Assembly (NCBI GenBank): GCA_040901795.1
Contig: JBBDYH010000167.1
Location: forward strand, 165,314 to 229,313
Source: Pirellulales bacterium
Lineage (GTDB): Bacteria > Planctomycetota > Planctomycetia > Pirellulales > JALHPA01
DNA: 64,000 bases
Direction: 5' to 3'
Below the pieces are notes generated by a model. That model did not search any database. It was not told where the DNA came from and saw only the letters and a program-made list of their open reading frames with translations. Below are positions 49,901-60,622 of the stretch, in pieces. Position 1 is the stretch's first letter; each line of letters begins with the position of its first letter. The translations under genes were made by a program, and so were the position numbers.

Positions 49901-50926
49901 TTACGGCACGGCGAAGATCAGCCCCGTGACGGCGCTAGCTTCTAATGCCGCGGCCCGGATGCTCCAGGGGAACGGCTCGATGTAATGCGGCGCGCAGTTG
50001 CCCGGCCGGTAATGCCCCAGTGGATAAATACATTCGCACGGCGGTTCCAGCCCCATCTTGTACGGCAACATCGGAACGGTGGCAAAGAAATGCGCCCCGC
50101 TGATCACCGGATCAAGCACCGGACCCCAAGAGTGTCCATAGCGTTCCATGTGCGCCTGTTCGAAGTAGAGCGGCTTGTGGCATAAGCCCGAGGCCTTCCA
50201 CGTGTAACACGTCTGCCCCCAATCGCGACCACTGTTGAGCGCCAGCCGTTCGTTTCCAAAAGTGCACTCGTACGGTAGGGCGCCGCCCTCACGCGGCGCA
50301 AGATCGAGGATGGCTCGGCTCGTGGTCCGATTCAGCCGGTTGGCCTTCAGATTGCGCAGCGCCGTCTCGCAGTCCGCTTTGGGATCTGGCGCCACACCCA
50401 AGTCCGAGCCTAAGGGGCCAAATGGCGACTGAATTATGTCGTCCCGCGGTGGCGCCGTGGCATCATCAGCCGGCAGCGGAGCCGGTTCATCCGGCTCAGA
50501 CGGTTGGGCTTCGAACGGATTCGGCGGCTGCGCCGAGGTAGCGGCGTTGTCGGTACTAAGCCCAGGCTCTGCCGGTTGCTCGTCCGTCTCGGCCGGTATG
50601 GTCTGCAAACCGCTCGAGCGGAACGGCGAGCGCGGCATCGGGTCGTTGAACGGGTTGGCGAGCGGATCGTCGCTGAGTTGCAAGACGACTCGCTTTACCT
50701 GGGGATCGACGCGCGTTGCTCGAGTGGTACGGGCGGTACGCGGATCGCCCGCGATCGCGGCCGGCTGCGTACGTGATACTTGCTCATCGGCGTGACGGAC
50801 ACTTTGGTGAGGCGGTCGGAAGGGACGCCAACTGAGCAATGTGCCACCGCCGCCTGCCCTCTCCCCAGCCAGCGAGACGCTTGAAGCGGCGACGATCAGG
50901 AATGCAGCCAGCAATACGGACAGCAA
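49901..50926 (-). CDS. hypothetical exported protein with Pro-rich linker and Cys/Trp/His-rich C-terminal domain; start uncertain
   Basis: The track ORF extends to 51199 and overlaps the guaB 3' end and heptamer array, so a TTG at 50926 before the signal-like LLSVLLAAFLIVAASSVSLAG is proposed. The C-terminus has TCYTWKASGLCHKPLYFEQAHMERYGHSWGPV...CECIYPLGHYRPGNCAPHY. Confidence 0.4.
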   Translation of the reverse strand: MLSVLLAAFLIVAASSVSLAGERAGGGGTLLSWRPFRPPHQSVRHADEQVSRTQPAAIAGDPRTARTTRATRVDPQVKRVVLQLSDDPLANPFNDPMPRSPFRSSGLQTIPAETDEQPAEPGLSTDNAATSAQPPNPFEAQPSEPDEPAPLPADDATAPPRDDIIQSPFGPLGSDLGVAPDPKADCETALRNLKANRLNRTTSRAILDLAPREGGALPYECTFGNERLALNSGRDWGQTCYTWKASGLCHKPLYFEQAHMERYGHSWGPVLDPVISGAHFFATVPMLPYKMGLEPPCECIYPLGHYRPGNCAPHYIEPFPWSIRAAALEASAVTGLIFAVP

Positions 50927-51052
50927 GGATTTGGCGCTTGGGAGCGAGGAAATCGGGCGCAGAAATCGGGGGACTGACGTCGCCCCGCTCGCCAACCCCG
51001 GCCTCCCAGCTCTCCGCAGGCGAGTCGCCGTGGCGACCGGGGCTGTTGTTCG

Positions 51053-51080
51053 CTGAACCCTGAACCCTGAACCCTGAACC
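51053..51080. repeat. tandem heptamer (CTGAACC)x4 abutting the guaB stop codon
   Basis: The plus strand reads CTGAACCCTGAACCCTGAACCCTGAACC-CTA. On the coding (minus) strand this is UAG followed by (GGUUCAG)x4, four GGG tracts with 4-nt spacers. Confidence 0.8.
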
Positions 51081-52893
<1,813 letters not shown>

Positions 52894-52915
52894 TGTAGCA
52901 AATTCGCACGGCATT

Positions 52916-53440
52916 TTAGCCCGCGAGCTGCCTAAGTGCCTTGAGCGGCTCGTCGTAATTCGGCTCCTCGGCGACTTCTTTCACCTGTTGGGCGTAGACG
53001 ACTTTGCCATCCTTGTCGAGCACGAACGTCCCGCGCGCCAGGATCTTCAGCTCGTCGATCAGCATGCCCCAGTTCCGCCCAAAGCTGCGGTCCTGGTAAT
53101 CGCTGGCCGAACGCAAATTCTTGATCCCTTCGGCGCCGCAGAAGCGGTTTTGGGCGAACGGCAGGTCCAGGCTCACCGTCAAAGCGTTGATCCGATCGCC
53201 GTAGGCCCCGAGCTGCTCGTTGAACTTCTTGGTCTGCGTCTGGCAAACCGGGGTGTCGAGCGACGGCACAACACTAATGATCGTCGGCTTGCCCTTGAGG
53301 TCGGCCGGTTTGATGGTCTTCATCGCGCCCCCTTCAAAGGCGTGCAATGTGAAGTCGGGAGCCGGCTGGCCGACCTTGACCGGTTCGCCGACGAGTGTCA
53401 ATGGATTGCCTTTGAAAGTGACCGCGCCCTGACGTGCCAT
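52916..53440 (-). CDS. tpx: thiol peroxidase (atypical 2-Cys peroxiredoxin Tpx)
   Basis: KPTIISVVPSLDTPVCQTQTKKFNE and FCGAEGIKN are Tpx signatures. The ATG is at 53440 (MARQGAVTFKGNP). Confidence 0.85.
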   Translation of the reverse strand: MARQGAVTFKGNPLTLVGEPVKVGQPAPDFTLHAFEGGAMKTIKPADLKGKPTIISVVPSLDTPVCQTQTKKFNEQLGAYGDRINALTVSLDLPFAQNRFCGAEGIKNLRSASDYQDRSFGRNWGMLIDELKILARGTFVLDKDGKVVYAQQVKEVAEEPNYDEPLKALRQLAG

Positions 53441-53760
53441 GGTGACCTCGCTCGGTTCAGTGATAAGAATCTCGCAGAAAATAGCCGTTTTCAGCGGCCT
53501 CTGGGGCCAGCCGCCCCACAAGCCGCCCGGTAGTATGTCTTCTGCGATAGACCTTGCAAAGGGGCGGGCGGCATCTTCTATGGACGGTGCCTTGTGGCGA
53601 GCTCGGCTCGGCGGTTCCAGAACACCGCGGAGGGCGTTCCCTACAGAGAGCCGCCGGATTCCGATCACACTCCCGTTGCAAGTCGCGATACAAGGTTTAT
53701 GATGAATGGCCGGGAGATTCTCAGGATGGCCATTCGGCCCAAAGCAAGGAGCACGCGACG

Positions 53761-54135
53761 ATGATACAAACGGCCGCCGGTTGGGGATTGGATGTGGACC
53801 GTGGGCCGGATTGGATCTTTGTGCGCGTCCACCCGCGCAACGGGTTCGACGACGCCCCGGGGTTTGCCGAGAGCGTGTGGGCGGTGCTCGAGCAGCACTT
53901 CATCTATCGGGTTGTATTGGAGCTCGATGAGATCGCACTGCTTCACAGCTCGATTATTGGACAGCTTGTGCTGTTGAGCAAACGGATCCACTCGCACGGG
54001 GGACTCGTGCGGTTGTGCGGAGTGTCCGAAACGAATCGCGAGGTCCTGCAGCTTTGCCGCCTGCAGAGCGCGCTGCCGTTCTACGACAATCGCGGCGACG
54101 CGGTGATGGGCTATCGTCCTACGCAACCGCGGTAG
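53761..54135 (+). CDS. STAS-domain protein (anti-sigma-factor-antagonist-like)
   Basis: 124 aa with an alpha/beta STAS-like pattern (YRVVLELDEIALLHSSIIGQLVLLSKRIHSHGGLVRLCGVSETNREVLQL). Confidence 0.5.
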   Translation: MIQTAAGWGLDVDRGPDWIFVRVHPRNGFDDAPGFAESVWAVLEQHFIYRVVLELDEIALLHSSIIGQLVLLSKRIHSHGGLVRLCGVSETNREVLQLCRLQSALPFYDNRGDAVMGYRPTQPR

Positions 54136-54139
54136 AGTC

Positions 54140-54831
54140 CTGTAGGGAACGGCCTCTGTGCCGTTCCGTTGGGCCGGTAGATGTAGCTACGTCGCTTTGG
54201 CGCTTCCGGAACTCCACGGAGAGCGTTCCCTACCAGAGGCGTAACGTACACGGATGGGCGCTACACTACCTCCAACTGACTTCGATCTGATTGTCGATCG
54301 TCTGCACGCCTTCCAATCGGCGGAGGGCTTCTTGCGCCATCTGCTTCTGGTAATAGCTGTGGACAGTGCCGTGTAACGTTACCCGGCCGTCGCTGGCCTC
54401 GAACCGCAGGCTCCGCTGGGGAACGTTGGCTTGCTTGAGAAGAGCGGTTTCAACTCGGTCGTCGAGTTTGGCGGGTTCGGACGGCATGGTTCGGGCTCCG
54501 GCGGGAGGATGCAGGTGGAGGGAGAGCGCAGCGAGAAACTTCCGGCGTGTTTTCGATTCTCCGAGGCGCATGGGCAAAGCGCTTGGGCCAGAAATCTTCA
54601 GCAATCGCGGTACAGCGCAGAGAGAATCGACCACGCGGCGCCCGCGTGTTGAACTTTATCGAGGGCGAAAGCAGGGAAATTTGCGAAGACCGGTCCGATT
54701 TTCCCGGCTGTAGCGATGGGCGCACTTGCCGGCATCTGTAGGGCACGCCTTCAGTGGCGTTCCGGGAGCGCACAAGCGGTATGGCCATACCAACTTGCCC
54801 AACGGAACGGCACAGAGGCCGTTCCCTACAG
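54140..54831. mobile_element. MITE-like / invertible cassette: 692 bp bounded by perfect 35-bp inverted repeats and 4-bp AGTC direct repeats, carrying a BON-domain gene
   Basis: Left inverted repeat 54140-54174 is CTGTAGGGAACGGCCTCTGTGCCGTTCCGTTGGGC; it is the exact reverse complement of 54797-54831. AGTC occurs at 54136-54139 and 54832-54835. An inner imperfect inverted-repeat pair lies at 54202-54238 and 54735-54769. The element sits 1 nt after the STAS stop and 20 nt before the serA stop. Confidence 0.45.
54266..54487 (-). CDS. BON-domain protein (73 aa) inside the IR-bounded cassette
   Basis: GGAG lies 9 nt upstream of the ATG at 54487. SLRFEASDGRVTLHGTVHSYYQKQMAQEALRRLEGVQTIDNQIEV is a BON pattern, paralogous to the ORF at 9569..9826. 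Confidence 0.5.
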   Translation of the reverse strand: MPSEPAKLDDRVETALLKQANVPQRSLRFEASDGRVTLHGTVHSYYQKQMAQEALRRLEGVQTIDNQIEVSWR

Positions 54832-54851
54832 AGTCGTCACGACGATGTGTA

Positions 54852-56480
54852 CTATCCTTGCAACCACGCGGGGAGCTTCCCGGCCGGCGGGAGGCGGATG
54901 ACACGCGCGGTGTGAATATCCGGCGATGCAAGGACATCAGCCAGCGCCGCCTCAGTCGGCTCCTGATCGAGATTCAACACACCTGTCGCCGAGCCGCCGG
55001 CGCTTGTGCGGCCGACCGCCATCTGCGCGATGTTGATTCGATGCGTGCCGAAGATGGTGCCGACACGACCGATGATCCCCGGCACATCCTGGTGCGTGAA
55101 GATCAACAGCACGCCGTCCATGTAGGCTTCGAGCTTATGCTCATCAAGCTGCACGAGCCGCGGCATGTCGTGGCCGAAGAGGGTCCCGGCGGCCCGGTGC
55201 GTCTCATTGTCCGTGATCACTTCGGCGGTGATCGTCGAGCTAAAGGCCCCCATGTCGCTGCGCCGCTGCTCGACCAGATCAATGCCCCGCTCGCGGAACA
55301 GCACCTCCGCGTTGACGATGTTGATCGCCTCGTCGAGCGCGTTCTCGAGAAACCCGGCGGCGAACGCGGCGGTGAGCAACTTGGTGTTCTTGCCGGCCAC
55401 TTCGCCCCGGTAGTGGAGCACGCACTGCTTGGGGACCGCCCGGTCGAACTGCGACAGCAACAAGCCCAGACGATGCGCCACGTCGAGATCGCCGCGCATG
55501 CTCTCCAGCGTCTTGGCGTCCAGCGGGCTCATATTGACCGCGTGCCGGATTGCGCCGGTCGTCAGAAAATCGACCAACAGGCCGACCCCTTCCACGGCAA
55601 CTTGTGCCTGAGCCTCTTCGGTGCTAGCGCCAAGATGCGGTGTGCAGAGTACGCCCGGACTGCCGAACAGGGGACTCTCCGTATTGGGTTCGATGGCGAA
55701 GACGTCGAGCGCCACACCGGCGATGCGGCCTCCCTTAAGCGCCTCAACAAGCGCTTCTTCGTTGTAAATCCCGCCGCGGGCGCAGTTAATAAGCCGCGCG
55801 CCGGGCTTCAACAGCTCGATCGACGCGCGATCGATCATATTTCGCGTCTCGTCCGTCAGCGGTGTGTGGACGGTCAGGTAATCGACCTGGGGCAACATCT
55901 CCTTGACGCTGGTCACCGGCTCGACGCCCAGTTCCGCCGTCTTCTCGCGAGACAAAAACGGATCATAACCTAGGACGCGCATTTCGAACGCTTTGGCGCG
56001 CTTGGCGATCGCCTGGCCAATGCGCCCCAGACCAACAATGCCCAGCGTCTTCTCGGCAAGTTGCGCCCCCATGTACTTATTGCGGTCCCAACGGTGCTCG
56101 ATCAGGCTCTGATACGCCGGGTGGATGTTGCGCGAAAGCGCCAGCATCAGCGCGAATGTGTGCTCCGCCGTGCTGATGGTGTTGCCGGCGGGCGTGTTCA
56201 TCACCACGATGCCCAACCGCGTGGCGGCGTCTTTATCGATGTTGTCAGTGCCCACGCCGGCGCGAACGATTGCCTTCAAGCGGTGGTTACCGGCCAGCGC
56301 CTGGGCGGTAATTTTTACGCCGCTGCGGCAAATCGCGCCCTCGAATTGTGTAAGCGCGTCGCGCAGCGCTTCGCCCTTCAGGCCGGTGCGGACGTCGAAT
56401 TCGACGCCTTTTTCTTTGGCGGCGGCCAGCAAATCGAGGCCTTCTTGGCTGAGCGTGTCGAGAACAATAACGCGAGGCAT
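54852..56480 (-). CDS. serA: D-3-phosphoglycerate dehydrogenase (with C-terminal ACT domain)
   Basis: MPRVIVLDTLSQEGLDLL... The NAD-binding motif is GIVGLGRIGQAIAKRA, and the catalytic HTPLT is present. The 542 aa length includes ASB/ACT domains. Confidence 0.9.
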   Translation of the reverse strand: MPRVIVLDTLSQEGLDLLAAAKEKGVEFDVRTGLKGEALRDALTQFEGAICRSGVKITAQALAGNHRLKAIVRAGVGTDNIDKDAATRLGIVVMNTPAGNTISTAEHTFALMLALSRNIHPAYQSLIEHRWDRNKYMGAQLAEKTLGIVGLGRIGQAIAKRAKAFEMRVLGYDPFLSREKTAELGVEPVTSVKEMLPQVDYLTVHTPLTDETRNMIDRASIELLKPGARLINCARGGIYNEEALVEALKGGRIAGVALDVFAIEPNTESPLFGSPGVLCTPHLGASTEEAQAQVAVEGVGLLVDFLTTGAIRHAVNMSPLDAKTLESMRGDLDVAHRLGLLLSQFDRAVPKQCVLHYRGEVAGKNTKLLTAAFAAGFLENALDEAINIVNAEVLFRERGIDLVEQRRSDMGAFSSTITAEVITDNETHRAAGTLFGHDMPRLVQLDEHKLEAYMDGVLLIFTHQDVPGIIGRVGTIFGTHRINIAQMAVGRTSAGGSATGVLNLDQEPTEAALADVLASPDIHTARVIRLPPAGKLPAWLQG

Positions 56481-56486
56481 GGAGGA

Positions 56487-56507
56487 GGGTTCAGGGTTCA
56501 GGGTTCA
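56487..56507. repeat. tandem heptamer (GGGTTCA)x3, 6 nt upstream of the serA start codon
   Basis: The plus strand reads CAT-GGAGGA-GGGTTCAGGGTTCAGGGTTCA. The minus-strand mRNA reads (UGAACCC)x3-UCCUCC-AUG. Confidence 0.8.
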
Positions 56508-56566
56508 GAACAGTAGGGTGGGACAAGCCCGCCGCGGGCGACGGCCCACCAATGTCGGCGTTCGCC

Positions 56567-57655
56567 TTATCCATTCCGCTTCCGAAACTCGTCCATAAAG
56601 CTCCGCAAAGTTTTGACTCCTTCCAGCGGCATGGCGTTGTAGATCGAGGCGCGAATGCCGCCGACGGAGCGGTGTCCCTTGAGCTCGTAGAGCTGGTGCT
56701 TTTCCGCCTGCTTTACAAACGCCTTCTCCAGCTCTTCGCTGGGCAGGCGGAAGGTCACATTCATTTGCGAGCGGCAAGCCGGTTGGGCATGGCCGCGATA
56801 GAAACCGCTGTCGACAGCCTCGTAGAGCAGTCGCGCTTTCTCGCGGTTCCGCTCGGCCATTTTTGTCAGGCCACCGACTTCGCTCTGGAGCCACTTGCAA
56901 ATCAAATTAGTGATGTAAATGGCGAACACCGGGGGCGTGTTGTACAGCGAGTCGTTCTTCACCATCGCCTTGAAGTCGAGCATCGTTGGCAGATCCGCCG
57001 GCACCCGTTCCAAGAAGTCGTTGCGAAGTATGCAAACGGTGACTCCTGCGATTCCGGCGTTCTTTTGGGCACAGGCGTAGATCATTCCGTACTGGGCCAC
57101 GTTCACCGGCCGGGAGAGGAATTCCGACGAGGCATCGCAGACCAGCGGCGACGAACCAAACGCGGGGTCGGCCTGAAACTGCACCCCCTGGATTGTTTCG
57201 TTCGAGGTGATATGCACGTAGGCGGCGTCCGGGGTGAGTTTTGGTTCACCCGCGTTCGGCAGTCGCGAATAGTTGTCGGCCTTTCCGTCCCAGGCGACGT
57301 TTGCCGGGCCTTCCTTCTGAGCCTCCTGCACGGCCTTCTGGCCCCAGGTTCCGCTCACGACGTAATCCGCGGGCTTGCCCGTGCCGCGGAGGAAGTTCAT
57401 TGGGATCATCGAGAACTGCAGATTCGACCCGCCTTGCAGAAACACGATGCTATAGCCGGCGGGGATGGCGAGCAGCTCCGTTAGCAGCGCCTTCGTTTCG
57501 GCCAACACGCCTTCGAACCATTTGCTGCGGTGACTGATTTCGAGCGCCGAGATGCCAAGCCCCGGCAGTGCGACAAGCTCGCGCTGCGCCTGCTCGAGCA
57601 CCGGTACGGGAAGTACGGCGGGACCGGGAGAAAAGTTACAAACGCGGTCAGACAT
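56567..57655 (-). CDS. serC: phosphoserine aminotransferase
   Basis: MSDRVCNFSPGPAVLPVPVLEQAQRELVALPGLGISALEISHRS... is the class-V SerC N-terminus. The protein is 362 aa. Confidence 0.9.
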   Translation of the reverse strand: MSDRVCNFSPGPAVLPVPVLEQAQRELVALPGLGISALEISHRSKWFEGVLAETKALLTELLAIPAGYSIVFLQGGSNLQFSMIPMNFLRGTGKPADYVVSGTWGQKAVQEAQKEGPANVAWDGKADNYSRLPNAGEPKLTPDAAYVHITSNETIQGVQFQADPAFGSSPLVCDASSEFLSRPVNVAQYGMIYACAQKNAGIAGVTVCILRNDFLERVPADLPTMLDFKAMVKNDSLYNTPPVFAIYITNLICKWLQSEVGGLTKMAERNREKARLLYEAVDSGFYRGHAQPACRSQMNVTFRLPSEELEKAFVKQAEKHQLYELKGHRSVGGIRASIYNAMPLEGVKTLRSFMDEFRKRNG

Positions 57656-57660
57656 CTGGA

Positions 57661-57682
57661 GGGTTCAGGTTCAGGGTTCAGG
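57661..57682. repeat. tandem heptamer GGGTTCA-GGTTCA-GGGTTCA, 5 nt upstream of the serC start codon
   Basis: The plus strand reads CAT-CTGGA-GGGTTCAGGTTCAGGGTTCAGG. This is the same family as the guaB and serA copies. Confidence 0.8.
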
Positions 57683-57713
57683 ATGTTTAGCAGTCGGCGG
57701 TACGCCGACTTTT

Positions 57714-58865
57714 TCAGCGACGGTCCTTTTGTCGCACAAACACTTCACTGGCAGCCGCGACAGCCGAGCCGAGCTTGACCGGGTGGCCGAGCTCGTGGAG
57801 CGTCATTTCGATGGCCGCCAACGCGCCAATGATGTCCAATTCGTCAATCAGTCCGAAATGTGCGATGCGGAAGATCTTTCCCTTGAGCTGCATCTGTCCA
57901 CCGGTAAGTTTCAGGCCGAATCGGGCTTCCAGCCGCTGCAGAAACTCCGCTCCATCGATGTCCCGCGGCACGCGGACTGCCGTCATACCGTCGGCGGGCC
58001 GTGCAGCGAATAGCTCCATTCCCAATGCGGCGATTCCCGCGCGAGCCGCTTCAGCGAGTGTTCGCGTGCGCGCTAGGACCACGTCGAGCCCTTCGGACCG
58101 GATTTGCCGCAATGTTTCGGCCAAAGCGCCGATCAGCGTATGCGCAGGCGTCCAAGGGGTCGTCGGCCCTTCACGAAGTTTCGCGCGGTGCAGCTTGAGG
58201 TCGAAGTAAAACGCCTGCCGCTGTACACGGTCGATCAGCCGCCAGGCCTTCTCACTGATCGCTAGAAACGCCAGCCCGGGAGGCAGCATCAACGCCTTTT
58301 GCGATCCGACGACGAGCACGTCGATGCCCCATTCGTCCGTGCGGCACTCGACGGCGCCCGCGCCGCTAATTGCATCGACGACGAACACGGCGGGCGTCGA
58401 ACGAACGACGGTGGCGATCGATTTTACGTCATGCACGACGCCCGTGCTGCTCTCCATCAGCGTGCCAAAGACGGCGACGGCATCCGGATGCTTCTCGAGC
58501 AATCGACTAACGTCCGCCGCTTCAACCGCCTGGCCCCATTCAACTTTATGCTCAATGACTTCAATCCCAAAAGCACGCGCGATGTGCGCCCAGCGCTCGG
58601 CGAACACGCCACCGTTCAGCACAATGGCCTTGCCGCCGCGGGGAATGACGTTTACGACGGCCGCCTCCATTGCGCCAGTGCCCGAGCTGGCCAGTACGAT
58701 CACGTCGTTCTTGGTTTGAAAGGCGTACTTCAACCCGTCGAGCACTTCCGCAAATAATGCGTTGAACTCCGGCGTGCGATGGTGCCCAACCTCGCGCGCA
58801 AGGCTAAGCCGTGCCGCTTCGGGCACCTGCGTCGGTCCTGGAGTCAGCAACCGCTTTTTGGGCAT
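57714..58865 (-). CDS. class-V aminotransferase (serine-pyruvate / alanine-glyoxylate aminotransferase-like)
   Basis: MPKKRLLTPGPTQVPEAARLSLAREVGHHRTPEF... It lies directly upstream of serC on the same strand. The ATG is at 58865. Confidence 0.8.
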   Translation of the reverse strand: MPKKRLLTPGPTQVPEAARLSLAREVGHHRTPEFNALFAEVLDGLKYAFQTKNDVIVLASSGTGAMEAAVVNVIPRGGKAIVLNGGVFAERWAHIARAFGIEVIEHKVEWGQAVEAADVSRLLEKHPDAVAVFGTLMESSTGVVHDVKSIATVVRSTPAVFVVDAISGAGAVECRTDEWGIDVLVVGSQKALMLPPGLAFLAISEKAWRLIDRVQRQAFYFDLKLHRAKLREGPTTPWTPAHTLIGALAETLRQIRSEGLDVVLARTRTLAEAARAGIAALGMELFAARPADGMTAVRVPRDIDGAEFLQRLEARFGLKLTGGQMQLKGKIFRIAHFGLIDELDIIGALAAIEMTLHELGHPVKLGSAVAAASEVFVRQKDRR

Positions 58866-59039
58866 CGTCCGAGCCGTGGGCCTGCGGGTTTTCAGGCAAA
58901 TCGAGGAATCCGGCATTTTACCGGCGGCGTCGCACTTTGACGATGGGCTCTCGGTGCGGTGCAACAAAGTTATCCGGCCGGGAACTATATTGCTGAAAGG
59001 TGTTTGGCCAAACACACTCGAACGGTCTGGTGGCGGCGC

Positions 59040-60029
59040 ATGAGCACAGAACGCAGCAGCGAGAATCCCTATCGATCACCGACGTGCGAAGCGGACAGCG
59101 ATGGGGAACTTCTGCGACGGTTTACAACGGACAAGGATCAGGCGGCGTTTGAAACGTTGGTTGGTCGCCATGGATCGTTGGTTTGGAACGTTTGTCGAAG
59201 CGCGCTTCGCAATCGGCAAGATGCAGAGGACGCGTTCCAGGCGACCTTTCTGGTTCTGTTGCGTCAAGCGGATTCGATTCGTGAGCGGAGATCTTTTCGA
59301 AGTTGGTTGTTTGGCGTGGCGAGGCGTGTGGCGATGAAGGCTTTGCGGTCTGAATATCGGCGGCTGCAATTCCTCCATCGCCTGGTGTGGGAACGAGAAG
59401 CGGATTTATCCTCGCCGCCTTTACTGGGAGAGGAGATTCGCCAGCGGATCAACGAGGAGCTGGCAAAGCTGCCCGAGATTCAGCGGACTGTGATTGCGAG
59501 GTGTGTGTTCGAGGGCGAGTCCTACCGTCAGGTCAGCGAGGAATTACATATTCCGATAGCGACGGTGGCCAGCCATCTCCGCCGAGGACGCCAGGCGCTT
59601 CGAGCACGTCTGGTAGCGCGGGGTATCGGAGCCGCCGGTTTAGCGGCAGTTTTGACGACGCTTTCGCGTGCCGCCGAGGCGCCGTCCGAGTGCTTGTGCA
59701 GGGCGACGGTAGAGAATGCCGCTGTCTTGTTAACGGGCGACCATGCGGCCTTACCCGTACGTATTGTTTCGCTGATGAAAGGAGTGGTTACGAGTATGCC
59801 AATAGCCGCGAAGTGTATTTTGGCCTTGGCGCTGTCGCTGGGCGGTGGAGCATCGGCATGGTGGGCGCTCGGGGACACAACCGACCCGGCGGTGGGATCG
59901 GGCGTTGAACTCGCAGTAGAGGGTGCTCCGTCCCTCCAACCGACGCTGGTGCTGGAGCTGGACGTTCCAGGGGAACCCAAAGGAAGTCCCAGCATAGTGT
60001 TCGTCCTCGCTGAGCCATCCATCCGTTGA
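59040..60029 (+). CDS. ECF sigma-70 factor with fused C-terminal extension containing a transmembrane segment
   Basis: Sigma region 2 is DAEDAFQATFLVLLRQ. Region 4 is LPEIQRTVIARCVFEGESYRQVSEELHIPIATVASHLRRGRQAL. A further ~130 aa includes the hydrophobic MPIAAKCILALALSLGGGASAWWAL. Confidence 0.7.
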   Translation: MSTERSSENPYRSPTCEADSDGELLRRFTTDKDQAAFETLVGRHGSLVWNVCRSALRNRQDAEDAFQATFLVLLRQADSIRERRSFRSWLFGVARRVAMKALRSEYRRLQFLHRLVWEREADLSSPPLLGEEIRQRINEELAKLPEIQRTVIARCVFEGESYRQVSEELHIPIATVASHLRRGRQALRARLVARGIGAAGLAAVLTTLSRAAEAPSECLCRATVENAAVLLTGDHAALPVRIVSLMKGVVTSMPIAAKCILALALSLGGGASAWWALGDTTDPAVGSGVELAVEGAPSLQPTLVLELDVPGEPKGSPSIVFVLAEPSIR

Positions 60030-60107
60030 AAGTTTGTGCGGGCCAACGTGGTTGGCTAACCGTAGGACCGTACCCAACTGCGGCCCGGCGATGTCGTCGA
60101 TTGACAA

Positions 60108-60146
60108 GCCCGTGCTCGATTCACAAAATCGAGCCGGGCTTTTTTT
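60108..60146 (+). terminator. rho-independent terminator downstream of the ECF sigma gene
   Basis: GCCCGTGCTCGATT-CACAAA-ATCGAGCCGGGC (one bulge) followed by TTTTTTT. Confidence 0.55.
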
Positions 60147-60172
60147 GCTTAGGTGCTGATGCCGGCAGTATT

Positions 60173-60622
60173 TCAAGCGTTAGGCAATAGTCGGTGTACC
60201 CCACAGCTCGCCAGAACGCCACTGCTCTGTGGTTGGTGGCCAAAGACATCGACTGTCAGTCTCTTGGTCGTTGGCCACACCTGTGATCGGAGCATTTCGA
60301 CCGCGCGACGCCCAATGCCCTTGCGACGATGGTCGCTCGTCACGAAGAGCTGCCGCAGGTAAACCTCCTGCGGCTGCTCGCTATACAGCGCATAGGCCAC
60401 CACTTCTCCTTGATGCTCAAAGATGACCGCTCGATAGTCTCCGGGTAGCCAATCGCGCAATCGGCGCTCGAGCTCGGGAACGGTCATACGGTTTCGATGC
60501 CCTTCGTCCTGAATGAGCTGGTAGTTCAACTCTGCAAGTAGAGGACAATCCTCTAATGTTGCCGGCCGAATTGTCATTGGGGGAGCCCATAGAGAAGCAT
60601 GAATCGTAATGCGGCCAATCAA
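60173..60622 (-). CDS. GNAT-family N-acetyltransferase
   Basis: QLFVTSDHRRKGIGRRAVEML is the acetyl-CoA-binding motif A (Q/RxxGxG/A). Confidence 0.65.
   Translation of the reverse strand: MIGRITIHASLWAPPMTIRPATLEDCPLLAELNYQLIQDEGHRNRMTVPELERRLRDWLPGDYRAVIFEHQGEVVAYALYSEQPQEVYLRQLFVTSDHRRKGIGRRAVEMLRSQVWPTTKRLTVDVFGHQPQSSGVLASCGVHRLLPNA

Noticed and set aside
54140-54831. CRISPR array or tRNA-derived repeats as an explanation for the clustered 35-37-nt repeats
   Set aside because: The repeats are in inverted, not direct, orientation with irregular spacing and no cas genes. They lack tRNA cloverleaf features (no GTTCGAAT T-loop).
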